Shown: positions 30,827 through 44,564, counted from the whole stretch's first letter. The stretch: 63,788 nucleotides of DNA, filler included, from 16 parts of 16 records of this genome joined end to end with filler, not necessarily neighbours in it, one strand, 5' to 3'. Numbers and translations are program-made. The notes: generated by a model from the letters alone, not told the origin.

Positions 30827-33800
30827 TCAGCAAGCGAATAGAGATGTCTCATAGCCAGAAAAGAACAGCACGGTAAAGAAGTAGGCCATGCAGAAGCCGT
30901 GTAGCGAATACTCTTTGCCAGCAGTGATCCGCGTGTTCTGTGCATGCTCTGCCCAGCGCTGATTTTCTTCGTCTGAAATCACTATTCCTCGCTTCAGCAG
31001 TGATCTTCGGCATTTTCTGCATTGTGCGTGTCCACATACCACGCGATTCATACGCGATAGCCCAAACATACAAAATTCAGGCACTGATCATCATCGCACC
31101 GCTTAAGGTCTTCCCGCATCATGGGCAATATTCGATCGTCGAGCTCAAGCACCACAAACACTGACACTGACGTTTCAACGCACATCCAGAAGTCCTGGCA
31201 CACCGTGAAAATCCTATCGACCCGCAGCATGCGCCAAGCCATTAGTGTGCGACGAAAAGCCGCAACGAAATCTTCGCAGCAGGACTGACATTACTGGAGG
31301 ACAATCTGAGTCGGGGTGTAGCATACCGTTCCCAGCTAGCGATCAGGATGGTAAGCAGTATAAATGATTGGATAGAGTTGATGAAGTAGAAGACCAGATG
31401 GCCACGTCGAACCGGCGCAATCAGAGATGCTAGGGGTCCGCCGAGAAACAAGAATATACCGCGCCCCATCTGATAGAACTCGCCCACAATGAAGTATCTA
31501 CGAAATGTACAGCAGCAATTGTGAGCACACAGAAAGCTCTTATGCCATCTCTACACCGTTGCTTTATCGTGTAAACCCTTGCTTTGGATGGAATCGGCAC
31601 CCTACAATCATCTCCGATGAAAGGACGTTGACGATCCCATTTTTCACACCTTTCGGAGTAAAGCACAAAATATTCGGCGGACCTTCATCCTGTGGCATCC
31701 CTCCACCCCAGAGCCTGTCATGCGATTCAGACCACGGCCACTCCAGTGGCGCAACGTACCCACCTTCCCGTAGATCCAGCAACCGGCGGTCCGCTGCTAA
31801 GTCTGCAAAGTTGTCAGCCATCTGACCACGCGTCAATCGATTTTCTCCATTATACGTCTTGCCGATAGTCTTCCCGTCGCCTACGAGCAAGTCACAGTCT
31901 GTGTAGACAGGATATAGCTCAAGGGTCTGAGGGTTGGAGCAATTCATCACCTGCAGATACCCTTCCAAAATGAAAGCTACCACCTCATCTGGCTCAAAGC
32001 GCTCTGCGTTCGCAAAAAGCTTCATGGCGGCAAACGTCTGGACGAGGGTCACAACGACGCTGAAGAAAATGAACTTCTTAGTTGTTGAAATGTTGAACCG
32101 CGAGAACTTGCCGACGTTGAAACCCGACTTCTGTCTTTGCTTCCAGTTTTTGCCCTGCAGGCGTGCGTGTGCCTCTGTTTGGGCCACACTGGCACGCGCC
32201 AACTGCTCGCTGCTTCCCAGCTGCATTGCGATTCTCTGATCAGCTTCGTCAAAGCCCTCCGCCGGTGGAAGTTTATTAATCGCCTGCAAAACTCCGACTG
32301 TAATCCCCTTGTCTGTTATCGGCACAGCCAGGATCGACGTTGTCCGGTAGCCCGTCTGTTTGTCGGTCGCTTGGTTGAATCGAGCGTCGCTGTATGGGTC
32401 GTTTATCAGCAGAGTTTGGTTCAGCCGTAAGCACTCGCCTGCAATACCCGCCGTGCGTGGAATTCGTATCTCCCTTGCATCAGCGCCTTTGCCAACGTTC
32501 AAGACGAGCTCATCGTGGCGATCATCTAGCAAGAAAATCGATGCTCGGTCGCACCGCAGTTTTTCGCAGGTCTCAGCAACGGCACGCTCCTGTGGATTTT
32601 CGGGCATCATTCGCTCGATTTCTTCTATATCTGGCGTCGACTGGTCCGACAGCACTCGTGCCCAGTCCATCAAATCATCTCTAGGTGACAGTCTGCCTGC
32701 CGTGGATTTCCTGGTGTTGCGGAGTCCGAGTGGCTTTGGAGCTGAAGACATCCGCGACAGATGGTCGTCATCCTCTAGTGGATCCGCTTGAGCAAAGACG
32801 TAGTTGTATCGCATCTCGCCAGCGTCGATGAAGCCGTCGACGTCGGAAATGACCTCCAGGCGTAGCTCGTCGTGTAAGCCATTATGTCCCTCAATCAAGG
32901 TCACACGGATCTTTTCCTGGTGCAGCATGACTGCGCCCTTGGGCGAAAGTCTCTCCTCCACTGTTTTCGGCTCAGACTTGTAGAAGAGAAGAATTCGATG
33001 GTACTCGGACCCGCTTCGTCCATATGTCCACACATCTGGGATTAGAACAAACCAACGCTGTTTGAACTTCTCGCCCATCTCTCCTTGCTTCTTCAACCAC
33101 CCGTGCTTGATCGCTTGCGTGTGCTGCTCCAGCGCGTACGTGCAGCGAAACTTCAGGCTCTCCCCGAACTTCGATTCAGCACCCTTTTTGATCTGCTGCC
33201 CTTCGTGAATCAAAATAATCAGGAGGATCCCGAGCGTCACAAGATTCTCTGTCAAGTCACATTCTAGAAGACCCACGATGCGCTTGATCGCATTTTGCGA
33301 GCGCTCGACGTCGTTGTGGTAGCCCTTCGAGCCGCCAGCGACAGCGCCACGCCGTCGGCGCCACTTGGAGCTCTGCCGCGCCAGTGGTGACGCTGCAGCG
33401 GGAGGCTTCGCTGAGTGCTGGGCTACATCGCCGTGAATCGCGAGGCGAAGCGGGTTGATCACCTGGCCGGATGGCACGGGGCTGGACGCGGCCGCGGCCG
33501 CGGGCTCAGGATGAGGGTGAGGGTGAGGGTCAGGCTGCAGCTCGTCGTCCGATTCAGAGCTGCCCATCAACGTGGACATTCTAAACTGACGGTTCTGCGG
33601 CGGAGGTGGCAGAGCGTTCTCCTCGTCTTGGGGTTGATCAACGCTCTCGATCTGACCGAAGAAACCTGCCAGGACGCCGTCGTGCTCCATGCTTTCGAGC
33701 GCCGGGATCCACTCATCCTCATCCACACCCGATGATCGGAGCTCGCGGATGGTTGCGCGCAGCAACGGCTCTTCGCCACGGACCGCCAGCCACTCCCTCA

Positions 33801-33990
33801 ACCGCTCGTCCTGCTGCTCAGAGCCGCCCGGATCGTCCTCTACCGTGTCAAAATCCCGCTCCACTCTGGCCCCGCGCGCCCGATGCGACGCCACCCCAGC
33901 GCCCTGTTCCTGCTCCTCCTCCGAAGACCCATCGCTGCCATCAAACGAGTGGAAGGAGGAAGTCTCGCTCCCGCTCTCACCAGACAGCAT
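30827..33990 (-). CDS. PH domain + GAF domain + multipass membrane domain protein (multi-exon, 3' end uncertain)
   Basis: PH: IKHGWLKKQGEMGEKFKQRWFVL...LMDWARVL. GAF: CDRASIFLLD...GIAGEC...DPYSDARFNQATDKQTGYRTTSILAVPI...GVLQAINK...FDEAD. Later exons encode hydrophobic helices and VFVVLELDDRIL. Confidence 0.85.
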
Positions 33991-34503
33991 GCCCAGGCCG
34001 TCAATCACCAGCGCCACTCTCCCTCGCTCGCTCAGCCATGCCGCTCACCCCAGGCCAGCCACACTCACACCCCAGCTTGCCCGCTCCCACACTCAGCCAG
34101 TGGGCGGCAATGCATTGCCGATCAGCATCGACACCCGATGGACGCAGGTGACGCCAGGCAAACCCAGCTGAAGACGGCCTCACTGCACTCTGCTATCAAC
34201 CAGATGGACGCAGGTGCAGCCTGGGGACAGCCACTCGTCGCACAGTGCCGCTTCCGCTCGCCATCATCGCGCCCATCGCCAACATCGGCAGCTCCCATCC
34301 ATCGGTCCGGCCGGTCTGCGTGGCGCTCTACCGCTCTTCGATGCCCGCGCAGGCAGACGAGGCATGCGCCAATGGCATTGACATTGACATTGACATTTTC
34401 GGGNNNNNNNNNNNNNNNNNNNNNNNNNNNNNNNNNNNNNNNNNNNNTTAATTAATTAANNNNNNNNNNNNNNNNNNNNNNNNNNNNNNNNNNNNNNNNN
34501 NNN

Positions 34504-34533
34504 TGTCATCAGTTTTACCCAAAAGATCAGTAG
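34504..34533 (+). repeat. 30-nt repeat terminus shared with 11174-11203
   Basis: Exact reverse-complement match; both copies sit at contig ends. Confidence 0.9.
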
Positions 34534-34703
34534 TCTTCCGCATCCGGGACAATCGAGAAAAACCTCAGGGTACAGGGCGCCGCGGAGAGACTGAGACTGA
34601 GACACTCAGCTTGACACTGAAGTGGCTGGGACGACGTTGGCACAGCAGCCGTGCAGCTGAGCTGAGGTGTGTGCGTGCGGAGGCACGCAGGTGGGGCGGC
34701 GAG

Positions 34704-36213
34704 ATGGCGGGGCGCACGAGCTGGTTCCTGCTGGCTGTGCTCGCAGCTCGCCGCGCGGCGGCGGACTGCCTCGCCGATCCGTCGCAGCCGAGCTGCGCGG
34801 AGTACATCTATCACGAGGCTGGTCAGGATGTCGACTCGCTGTGCGCCATGATGCCAGGCATGGTGGGTTGCGAGCTCAAGAAGGCCTGCGGCACGGACAC
34901 GCACGGGTTCTGCAACCAGTTCAGCCTGCTCGGAGACATCTGTGCAGATGACAAGGGAGCGATGGGATCCATGATGGCGTGTCACAGTTACACTGCCCTC
35001 TGTGTCCAGGGCAGCAAAGTGCTCGAGTGCACGCGGCGGGCCCCCATCCCGAACTTCGTCACTAGCCGAGACGCGCGCGATGCCACCGTCCAGATGTGCA
35101 GGTCGATGCCTGCGATGCAAGGGTGTAAGCGCGCCCCTACTCCATAACTGTTTCGCTCCGTCTATGTGGGCTCAGGTGGACGGATGCTCTGCATCGTTTG
35201 CAGGCAGGTCGTGCACAAACAGCACCGGTGGGTGCAAAGCACCGTTGGCCAGCTTGAGCCAAGTCTGCCGCGGAATGCCCGGCATGCACATGTGTTCGCC
35301 GATCAAGCGCATGTGCGAAGACCTGACCGAGACCCCCGCGCTCACGTCCACGTTTTGCACCAGTCTGTCCTCGAACCCAAGCACGGAGTTTTGCACAGAT
35401 GGCACTGCCATGTACATGTCTGGCTTCATGTGGGGATTTGATGGCAACGTCTGCCCGGTGCTGCTCCTGCCAGCCTGGACGCTCAACACACGACTCAAGT
35501 ATTACGTTGGGCTAGGGCTGGTCGTCTCAATGGGGGTCGCCTCGGAAGCCTTGGCATATCTGAGACGCACAACCGCAGCCGGCGGTGGTGTGCTTGTCTA
35601 CTGTGGATGCACGACAACGAATTCAGTGAGGTTGCGAAAGACGCTGGACAGCACCCTCCATGTGCTACAGATTGCCACCGGCTACTGCTTGATGCTTGTG
35701 GCCATGACTTATCACGTCCCGCTTTTCGCATGCGTTCTCGTCGGTCTGGGGCTTGGCCACTACAATTTCGCGCACCGGCAGGTTACAGGGCAGACAGGAG
35801 CGTTCGGAGGACGTCCAGAGCCGTGCTGTCCGGACACGTTGCCGATTGCCGGTGTGAGCGTACAGCACAGCAGCATCCAAGAGACGGGAACTGTAGACGA
35901 AAGCCTGGACACAAGCCTACTCGGGGCGGCTTCACCGCCACCATCAAAGACTGCGCTTACTCTCGCTGCACAAGTAAAGCTGCACGTGGATGGCATGACG
36001 TGCAACGCGTGTGTCAAGCGCGTGCAGAGTGCTCTGCAAAGTGTTGACGCTATCGAGTTCTTCGATGTCGCCCTTGGCCCACCGGGCAGGGCGGACATCG
36101 TTTGCAAGGACGGCTTGAGCGATAGCGACACGAACAGTGTGGCAGAACAGGCGATCGCTGCAATCGAGGGTACCGGCTTCTCAGCACAACTCGCCGTTCC
36201 AGGCGCAGAGTAG
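34704..36213 (+). CDS. CTR: Ctr (SLC31) copper transporter with Cys/Met-rich ectodomain and C-terminal HMA domain
   Basis: Signal peptide. CxxMPxMxxC repeats. GTAMYMSGF, LLLPAWTLNT, and GYCLMLVAMTY (MxxxM) plus GLGLG. HMA motif LHVDGMTCNACVKRVQSAL. Intron 35125-35203. Confidence 0.92.
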
Positions 36214-36304
36214 CAGCACCACGTTGGTCCTTGTGCGGTAGCAAATGCACAATATTGACATGCCTCGATGAGCTACAGCTCGGTGAGAACCAATTGTTTA
36301 GGAT

Positions 36305-39300
36305 TTAGTACGACGCCAGGTCGGACATGCCAGAAGAAGCAGCGCCATCAAGCCGCAACATCGTCGAAGGGCTTGCTGGTCTCGAGGAGCCGTACTCAGT
36401 CGAGGTGTCATTTAGCGTGTCCCGCTCGCCACTCTCGCCACTCTCCTGCACTTTCGACAGCCGCTCGGCGGCATCGCGGTTCGCGTTGAGAAACATCTCA
36501 GTGACTCTCTCCACAATCTTTGTGAAATTCGGTCGTTTGCCCGGGAATCTGCGAGAGACGCAGAATCAGAGCAGAGCTTACACGCCATCAGGTAGGGGTC
36601 ACGGGAGAATCAAAGTGTACGCGTGCGAATGGGGCGTGCGGTTTGGCAGTCGATCGCGTACTTGTGCCAGCAGTCCTTGATGAGCTGCTGCAGCTCTTCT
36701 GGAGCCTCTCGGAGTTGGGATAGCGGCCGCTCATCCCTCGTCACACGATGCGGGACCTCATGCGGCCGCGAGCCAGTGTCCTGCCATGGCATCGTGCAGT
36801 GCGAAAGCTCTACTAGGACCATAGCGTACGAGTAGACGTCGACAGACTCATTGTAGTGGTCGCCTCTGAGCATCTCCGGTGCCATCCACAATACTGACCC
36901 AACGCCTGACATCAACCCGGTTTTATCGTCCAGGGTATCCAGCTGCTTGTCACGGCTGAGGCCGAAGTCAGAGACCTTGAATTCGACAGACCAGTCTCCA
37001 TCATTTGCTGACATCGGTGGCGAGCGATCGAGCAAAATATTCGGGCTTTTCAGGTCACGGTGGATTACAGGGAGCGTCACCTTGCTGTCCCGGCCCTTCG
37101 CACCGCGCTCGAAGTGCGTATGCAAATGTTCCATCGCCTGTGCTACATCTAGAGCGCCCTTATACAGTTGGATTACGTTTGGCCGCCAGTGCTCCACATA
37201 TAGTTGCTTGTCCAGCGAACCCCCGGCCATAAGCTCCTGAATTATGACCAGCACGGGCTCGGTAGCATACCCAAGCATCTGGACAAGATTCGGGTGTAGC
37301 AGCTCGCAGCCAACGTCAACCTCCTTGACGAAGTCGCGAGTGATTTTTTGCAGCTTCTTCTTGTGCGCTTCCAGTGCGGTGTCTCGCTCGTTTTGGGGCT
37401 TATTAGGCAACTCGATCGCTTTTACAGCAATTTTGACGCCGCGCCACTCCGCCCGATACACTGTGCCGTACGTGCCTTTGCCAAGCCGGTTCTTCGGGAT
37501 CTGCCGCCAGTCCGGCGGTTGTAGCTCTCTGACGTGACTGTCGGAGAACATCACAGGTACCAGTGTCTGCTGCGTCAGGCCCGAGTATTTTCTTGCAGAC
37601 GATCCTATTCCTCCAGAGCCAGCGCTGGCTATCTGGAATGAGTTTGTCTTGGCACTCTTACTTCCGGGAGTCGTAGAGCCGGCAGTCGTAGAGGGAAATA
37701 ATGGGGCGTTGGCTTGTGCAGCAACTCGTGAAGTTGCCCACCTCGAAGCAACGTCGAGCGCGGTCAACTGAGTGTTCGGGAGCTCGGTGCTCCCTAGCAG
37801 CGACCTACGCATTCCTCTGCTGCTTTCGGCATAGCGACTGTGTCGGCGACGCAGATATGTACAACAGCAAAAGACGAGTCCCAATACCAGGGATAGCATA
37901 ACCACCGACCAGAGGATTATTTGATTCTTGTGCAGGTAGGTAATCGGGCACTCATCAAAAGGATTGAACCTTTGGCCGTTCACGAGGCACCAGTCGGGCC
38001 ACACCGCAGGATATTTTGCATCAATTGTGAGATTCGTCGATTGTCCAGCATAGTGCACAAGCGACGGATACGTATGATTGTCCCTAAACTGGCCGATGCT
38101 CATCCCTTTGAAGAAGTGATTCCATCCCTCGTTGGGCTGAATGCTTATTGGACCCCAGAAAGTCTCGACGCCCTGCGAGCCGTTCATGGCATGCATCGCT
38201 GTTTCGATGTTATCTCGCGTCAGCTGAGTATAGTTCAGCCCGAACCCGTGTCCCTCCGGCGCCAATTCCACAGCCATCTGGAACAGGAGCAGTGATGCAG
38301 CACCTTTCGCATGGTAAAACGAAGGCGACAAGCGTTGCTCTTCCTTCCTGTTGCTTTTCAACCATTCGGACGCCCGCTGACTGAAATCTTTGGCGCTGCC
38401 GAGGTATCGTTGTCTCATTCCAAGTTGCGGCTCAGTGGGTGCGTCCGCTGCCATGTTGTACGGGTTCGGTAGGCCGGGTGGCCACCGGCTGGGGCCTGCA
38501 TGAGGCATATCCGCGGTCCATGGCACGAAACCCATCCACTGGTCAAACGACCAGCACTCGCGTCCCTTGCATGGCAGGTGCTCCGAATCTACGCCCAGTT
38601 GCTTGTTTCTGACAATGTCCTCTGGAACACCGTAAGTGTAGGAGTTGGTCCACCTTTCTGAGCTGACTGCCAAGCCACCCATGTAAAAGGCAGCCTGCGG
38701 AGAGTAACCAGATACGTTGGACCCCTTGCCCGCGAAGAATGAGAGCATGCTCTCGAAGGCGACACCATGACCGTCGCCGATGCCGATGAAGACATCAGGT
38801 TGGGTCTTTGCCACACTCCGCATCGATTCGTGCAGCGCCGCACTTGCCAGAGTAACTGCCAGCGAGACCGGGGCCGTCAACTCGGCCCCCTCTAAACGGT
38901 TGATCTCATCCCTTAAGCTTCCAGCCACCGATTCCGCTTGATTCGCCTCGGCACCTGCGATTCCGAACGTGCGCGCGTTGTACGGCGGGCCGTACAGCAG
39001 CGCGACCGGGCTCATGGTCTTTTCGCCAGGGGCAAGCAAGTCGGACTCCTGGCCGTAGACCGAGAAGACACCCGGCCAGGTGGGGTTGGGCGCAACCGGG
39101 AACCTGGCCTCGCTCCCCGCCATGAACGTCGAGAACTCGCACTTCCCCAGCGACAGTTCCAGAATCGCGCAGGTGACGTCGTCCTCGACATCCGGCGGCG
39201 TGAGGTACAGCGTGGGTTTGGTGGCGACATAAGCTCTGCGCAGCATGGAGGCACACAGCGCAGATCAGTATGGGACTAAGAGCATGGCCTCAGCAAAAAA

Positions 39301-40270
39301 AAGAAGCAGCAGCAGCGCTGCGACGGTCGGCGCACTGCCAGCCGCTGCCCAGTTTGCCTTGCTCGCCATCCTCGTAGCAGAGATTTTCGTACAAGGCTTT
39401 ATAGCTTTTTGCAGTCTCGTACGACGACCAAGTGGGTCTCACCCTCACCACGGTCACGTTGACGTAGCCCACTGAATTCTCTCCGAGCCGCAGGCCTCCA
39501 CGACTGTTGATATGTTCTTGGAAGATCGTGAGCCCGTCGATCCACTGCCCGGCCCCGAAATCGTCGACGGTGGACACTACGGCTACGATGTTGACAACGT
39601 CGCAGTTTGTCGGAGCTAGTGCGAAGTGGCTGAAGTCGTACGGTTCTTTTTTGCTATAGTTATCGTTGTTCCAGCTCCAAACGCAGCGCTGGCCGGTATT
39701 CGGATCGCAGCGGTCGGGGCACTTGCCCGCGCCCTCGCCCCAGCCCACCGTCCGTCTGGACAGCTGACAGTTCCCCGGTTGTCCCGTCGTGCCTGGCTTG
39801 CACTTGTCGCACTGGTGGCGACTGGTGGCCCCCGTTACACCTGTGTAGAGGTTGCCTGGGCACAATATGCACGCGTCGCTGGACCGCTGCTGGTCCTGAT
39901 AGGAGTACGGGCTGCACGCCTCGCAGTTCGGCAGGTGCGTCCAGTCGATCTCTCCATCAACGCACGCGACGTGATTGAAGTCCGTGCCGTCCATGTCGCC
40001 ATACCCTTCCTTGCACTTCACCTCGCACTGCTGTCCTGGGGGTATGGTGCCGTTCACTTTGCACCACGTCGCCCTGTCATCGCCATGCCCGTACTCCGCG
40101 AAGACCTCGCCCGGGTACAGCCCGCCGTCCTCTGACGTCCGCTCGCACGGCCACGGCTCGCACGGCAGCTGTCGTGTCTGCGGGATCGTGCAGCCGGCGG
40201 CGCTCGCTGCGCCCAGGCAGAGGGCGATCGCCGCCAAGCCCAGCAGAGCCCGAACGCCGCCATCGCCCAT
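36305..40270 (-). CDS. Receptor-type TKL protein kinase with Cys-rich (sushi/GCC2_GCC3-like) and Venus-flytrap-like ectodomain, 3 exons
   Basis: Signal peptide. CSPYSYQDQQRSSDACILCPGNLYT...C. EHINSRGGLRLG (LIVBP-type). TM ILWSVVMLSLVLGLVFCCC. Kinase motifs LGKGTYGTV, VAVK-like IAVK, HRDLKSPN, DFG, WMAPE and DVYSY. Last exon ends at 36305. Confidence 0.9.
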
Positions 40271-41223
40271 CGCTCCTCCGTCTTCCGCTACCCCTACCCC
40301 CCCCCCCNNNNNNNNNNNNNNNNNNNNNNNNNNNNNNNNNNNNNNNNNNNNTTAATTAATTAANNNNNNNNNNNNNNNNNNNNNNNNNNNNNNNNNNNNN
40401 NNNNNNNGACACGGCACCCGCAGGGGCCTGACTAGGGAGAGTTGGCACGCTGGAGTACGTGTACCACGGTCCCGTCGGCCGCAGTATGCAGTCAATCATG
40501 CAGACTCGAACGGTCGAAGTACCGCCGGGCGCCGCGCCACGCGCGCGGCAGTCTACATGCATGCAGACCTCGATTTTATTCATGAACAAGTCATAGCAGT
40601 GCCCAGGTCTGCATCACCATCAGGATCATTCAAGAGAAACATGGAAGAGAAATTCAATTGTGTTGTTGTACGCGCCAACTGGGTATACCATCGGATACGG
40701 TGACATCAATCGGCTCCTCTGCAACCTGAGAGCTCGCTGATGAAAGCGCCTCTACCGTGCGGAACAGCTCGATTGATGCAGGGTATACCAGGCATACTGT
40801 ACTTGCTGGAATTATGAATTCTCTACTTCTTGCTTTCTGCACGCTCGCTCCTACTGTCGTGCTTACCGTACTGCTCCTTCTCCGAAATGACACCCGTGGC
40901 GTGATGGGCGCATGCACGCGCAGCGCGCGCGGACCAGTGCTACACGTCTCTGGCACCCGTATCTCGCGTGCGCGCACAATTCGGCAATGCCGTGTCACCT
41001 AGTCGCTTGTGCAACGAAGTACACGGCGCGCATCAGCATTGTCGTAAGGTTGGCCTTGCATGCTTGCAACGCCTGTGCGCCGAGTTATGTTGTAGCACTT
41101 TGTATTGTGTGTCGCTTTACGCGACCCCGCTAACTCGCAGGCGACCGAAACCAGGGGCTTCGTGTGATTTGCACGGATGGGTAGTGATGACCAACCATGT
41201 AGACTCTACACGAAATAGTAAAT

Positions 41224-44200
41224 TCACGGCCGCGGCCCTAGTGTGCCCGGTCCCACATAGTACTTTGCCCGTGGCCCTGTGGCGACGACACGATTGTGGT
41301 TCGACAAGATTGCGCGCGCGCTAGGGTCGATTTTAATCGCCTGGCTGCTCGCGTTTGGCCGCCGATCCTCCAACATGTTGCCCTCGACCAGTCCAGCCGT
41401 GCAAGAGGAGGCCACTGTGACCTGCCCTCCGCTCTCCAACCCGATTCCACTGTCGGGGTACCGAGCATCCCCAAAGTAGGCGTCCGGCGGGGGGTCTTCG
41501 AATGTGTTGTCTCGAATCGCGAATCCGTATGTCAGAGCTGTGTTGTTGACCTCTCCACACCGAATATGTATGCCCTCCGAGTAGCGCTGACGGTTCCCGG
41601 TGATCTCAAAGTACCTATCAAACGGAAAAGGGCTTTACAATAGTTGCAGCTTGCTCATGCAGCGGGATCGTGAGAAGCATAAGAATTCTGTTCGATTTAG
41701 GTCATGGTAACCTACGACTGGATCGCAGTCACTCACATGTTCGGCATGGTGCCAGTGCCGTATCCACCTGATGTCAAGCAAAGTCCAGCGGGATCCACCT
41801 GCCCAGAGCGCGTCATGTTCTCGAAGCTGTTGTTGGCAAAGATCGCTTGCAGCGTGATGCCGTAGGTCTGCACTGAGGTGCCGTTACTGAAGGCGTTTCC
41901 CGCGACCTGCTCAGACCGAGAAGTCACAGCACGTCAAGCGGCTCCTTGAGCGATCGTGGCGTCAGTCAATGTTTCTGAAGCTAGGCAGGTACTCACAATC
42001 CAACGCCCGACATTTGGAGCGATCGTGATGATCGAGTCGGGCCCGAGTGCCGTCGTCAGTGGCCGATCAAGCTGGACGCCACGCAGTGGGGAAGTTGGAA
42101 CACCGCCGACGACAGTGCGGACCTGACCAAGGCCAGCCCCCTGAACGACGACCATTGCCCCATGACGCCAGCTGTGAACGCCACCGGCTCGCTGATCTGG
42201 GCTGAGGGCTGCTGCGTTCCCATCGGACCCAGCTTCGCCTTCTTTGTTCGGTGTGATGTCAGCATGCAACAAGATCTGGCTCATGTCTGCAGCGTCGACT
42301 GTGGCGTGACCAAAGTAGCCACCGTCTGCCATCATTCACAACGCCTCAGCTCTGAAACGACATGGTTGACGATGACGACACAGGGGACGCACAGGAACCA
42401 TCCGACGTCATGGTCTCGACTGGATTGCCGGGATTTGCCTTCGGACCCCAGCCTGTTCGGTTGCACCAACCATTGCCACTCAAGCCTTGATGTGTTGTGT
42501 TGCACCACTCAGTGAGGTGCGGACCCGTCGCCGCGTTCGTACCATGGATTGTGTTCCGCAGGAAAGCAGCCTGCGTCGCGCGTGGTACAGTAGATGCAGA
42601 CCTGTTTCCACATTGAACGCTAATGTCGTCAATACCCACGCTTCTGATTGTGCTGCAGGGCTGCTTGTAGTCTTAACACGGGCATAATGACAATGACGAG
42701 TGCGATCAATGTCATGTCAATCAAATGTGTGTGTACTCACGAAAATCCTGAGCCCTCGACGCCAGAGAGGCCCACCGATCGGAAGTGATTCCACTCAAGC
42801 AAGAGCGACGAGTGTGACTGCGTGCCCCACCCGTTGCACCCCATCGTCACATTATTGCCCCTAACGAGTCCATATTCGACGCCTTGATCGAAGAAGAACG
42901 CGTAGTTGTCAGGCGAGTTGGCACCGCATGGGGCTGGCGTGTCATGGCCGCCATATTGCCCTCCGTATGCAATGGCTCCCTCTGCGACGTGCCGCAATTC
43001 GTTGTTCTCGACGGTGAAGCCAGAGCAGTTGCCGATGTGCAGTGCATTGCTCACGTTAACATACGTGCGGTTCCTGCTCTCAGCGTCGATTTCGTAACCG
43101 ATGACCTCGAGTATAGAGTCCCGGATCACCGCTCCGACTGACGGCTCCACCAGCTCCACCAGAGCAGACAGAGCTGGCGCCCGGGCATGAATGTGCGAAA
43201 CGACGAATGTGCCATTGCCCCAGAGTAGAGGGGGGCACTCAGCCAGCCGCGCCGAGAGATTACCGTGCCAGATTCCTGCTTCCTCTCCAGCTCCGCGGCA
43301 GTAGCCCTCATAGACCTGTGAGCTTCTGGGCGCCGCTGCCTCCCATAGTAGCATCCCCCGTGTCGTGCTAGCTGTGATTTCGCCTCTGCTGCCTGCCGTC
43401 GTGAGCGTAACGCCGTCGGGGATGAACAGTGAGTCGTTTACTGCCATATGGTAGACCGTGTTTGGAGCGAGCTCCACCGTGCCACCTCCTGCGGCGGCCG
43501 CGGCTGCCAGAGCCGCCGCCACGTCCTTGCCGGTCTGGCCCGCTGGCCGGAACTTATTGGCGGCCGGTAGTTCCGGCGCAACCACTGTAATGTGCTGGCC
43601 ATCAGATGTGGGCACCCAGGAGCTTCCGGGTAGGCTATTTTTGACCTGGACGATGTAACGCCCCAGTGGCACGGTACCAGGCACTGGCACTGCCAGGTCG
43701 TAGCAGGATCCGCGTGCTAAACTGGTGAGGTGGATGCTGGCGCCAGAGCTATCGACTAGCCGCACACTGGAGGCAGTGCTCGCTGCCACCGCTTCCGTGT
43801 CAACACAGCGCGAGCTGCTAAAGGCCAACGACCGCCCGAGAATGCGCAGCCAGCCGGTCGGGCCGCGGGTGGCCACTAGCCCACGGTCTGCTTGCGCCCA
43901 GAGCGGGTCAGCGTTATTGATTGCAGACCATCGACTGCAGGCACCGGCTTGGCAGAGCTGCGCTGCGTACACCGCCAGCGGCCAGGAGGTTGGAACTGCG
44001 ACCATCACCGACAGTCCATCTCCTGCCTGCACTGCCGGCTCGGTCTGCGTACCGGCACAGCGCGCAGCGGGTGCGGTAGGCAGCGTCGCGCCATGGCACA
44101 GCCGCACGGTGGCTGTGCTCGCGGCGGTCGCGTTGGGTGACGCGCTCGTGAAAATAGCGACTAGCGTCTGGCTTGGCAGCGTCGGGCTGGTGAGCCACAA

Positions 44201-44293
44201 GAGGTCTGGTGCGCTGCTACTGGCACCTGCAGCCCGAGAGGCAGCGCATGCTACCAACAACGATGGCAGCAGCAGCGGTGGCAACGCCACCAT
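41224..44293 (-). CDS. Secreted right-handed beta-helix (pectate-lyase-like) protein, multi-exon
   Basis: Signal peptide MVALPPLLLPSLLVACAA. VAAALAAAAAAGGGTVEL. Repeated xVENNxx/VRGNNV turns. Later exons GAGLGQVRTV, AGNAFSNGTSVQTYG and GLVEGNML. Confidence 0.75.
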
Positions 44294-44564
44294 CACCGGC
44301 TACGCTCCGCGCGCTACTACTCGGATTTCCTAGCTAGGAAATACCGCCCGCGGGTCTTTGCACCGACCCAGATTCAGACTCCCACTGCTCAACACTACCA
44401 GGTACTTCCAACGTAATCGCATGCGATAACAAACGGAAGATGCCTATTCGTGTGGGAGAGAGAANNNNNNNNNNNNNNNNNNNNNNNNNNNNNNNNNNNN
44501 NNNNNNNNTTAATTAATTAANNNNNNNNNNNNNNNNNNNNNNNNNNNNNNNNNNNNNNNNNNNN

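Noticed and set aside
34370-34400. (CATTGA)x3 at a contig end
   Set aside because: Short microsatellite; nothing supports a telomere or element call.
40408-41220. Several 70-118 aa ORFs
   Set aside because: No motifs or consistent coding signal.
44387-44464. Possible repeat terminus TA-CCAGGTACTTCC at a contig end
   Set aside because: Only one copy in the window and no internal structure, so it cannot be supported here.
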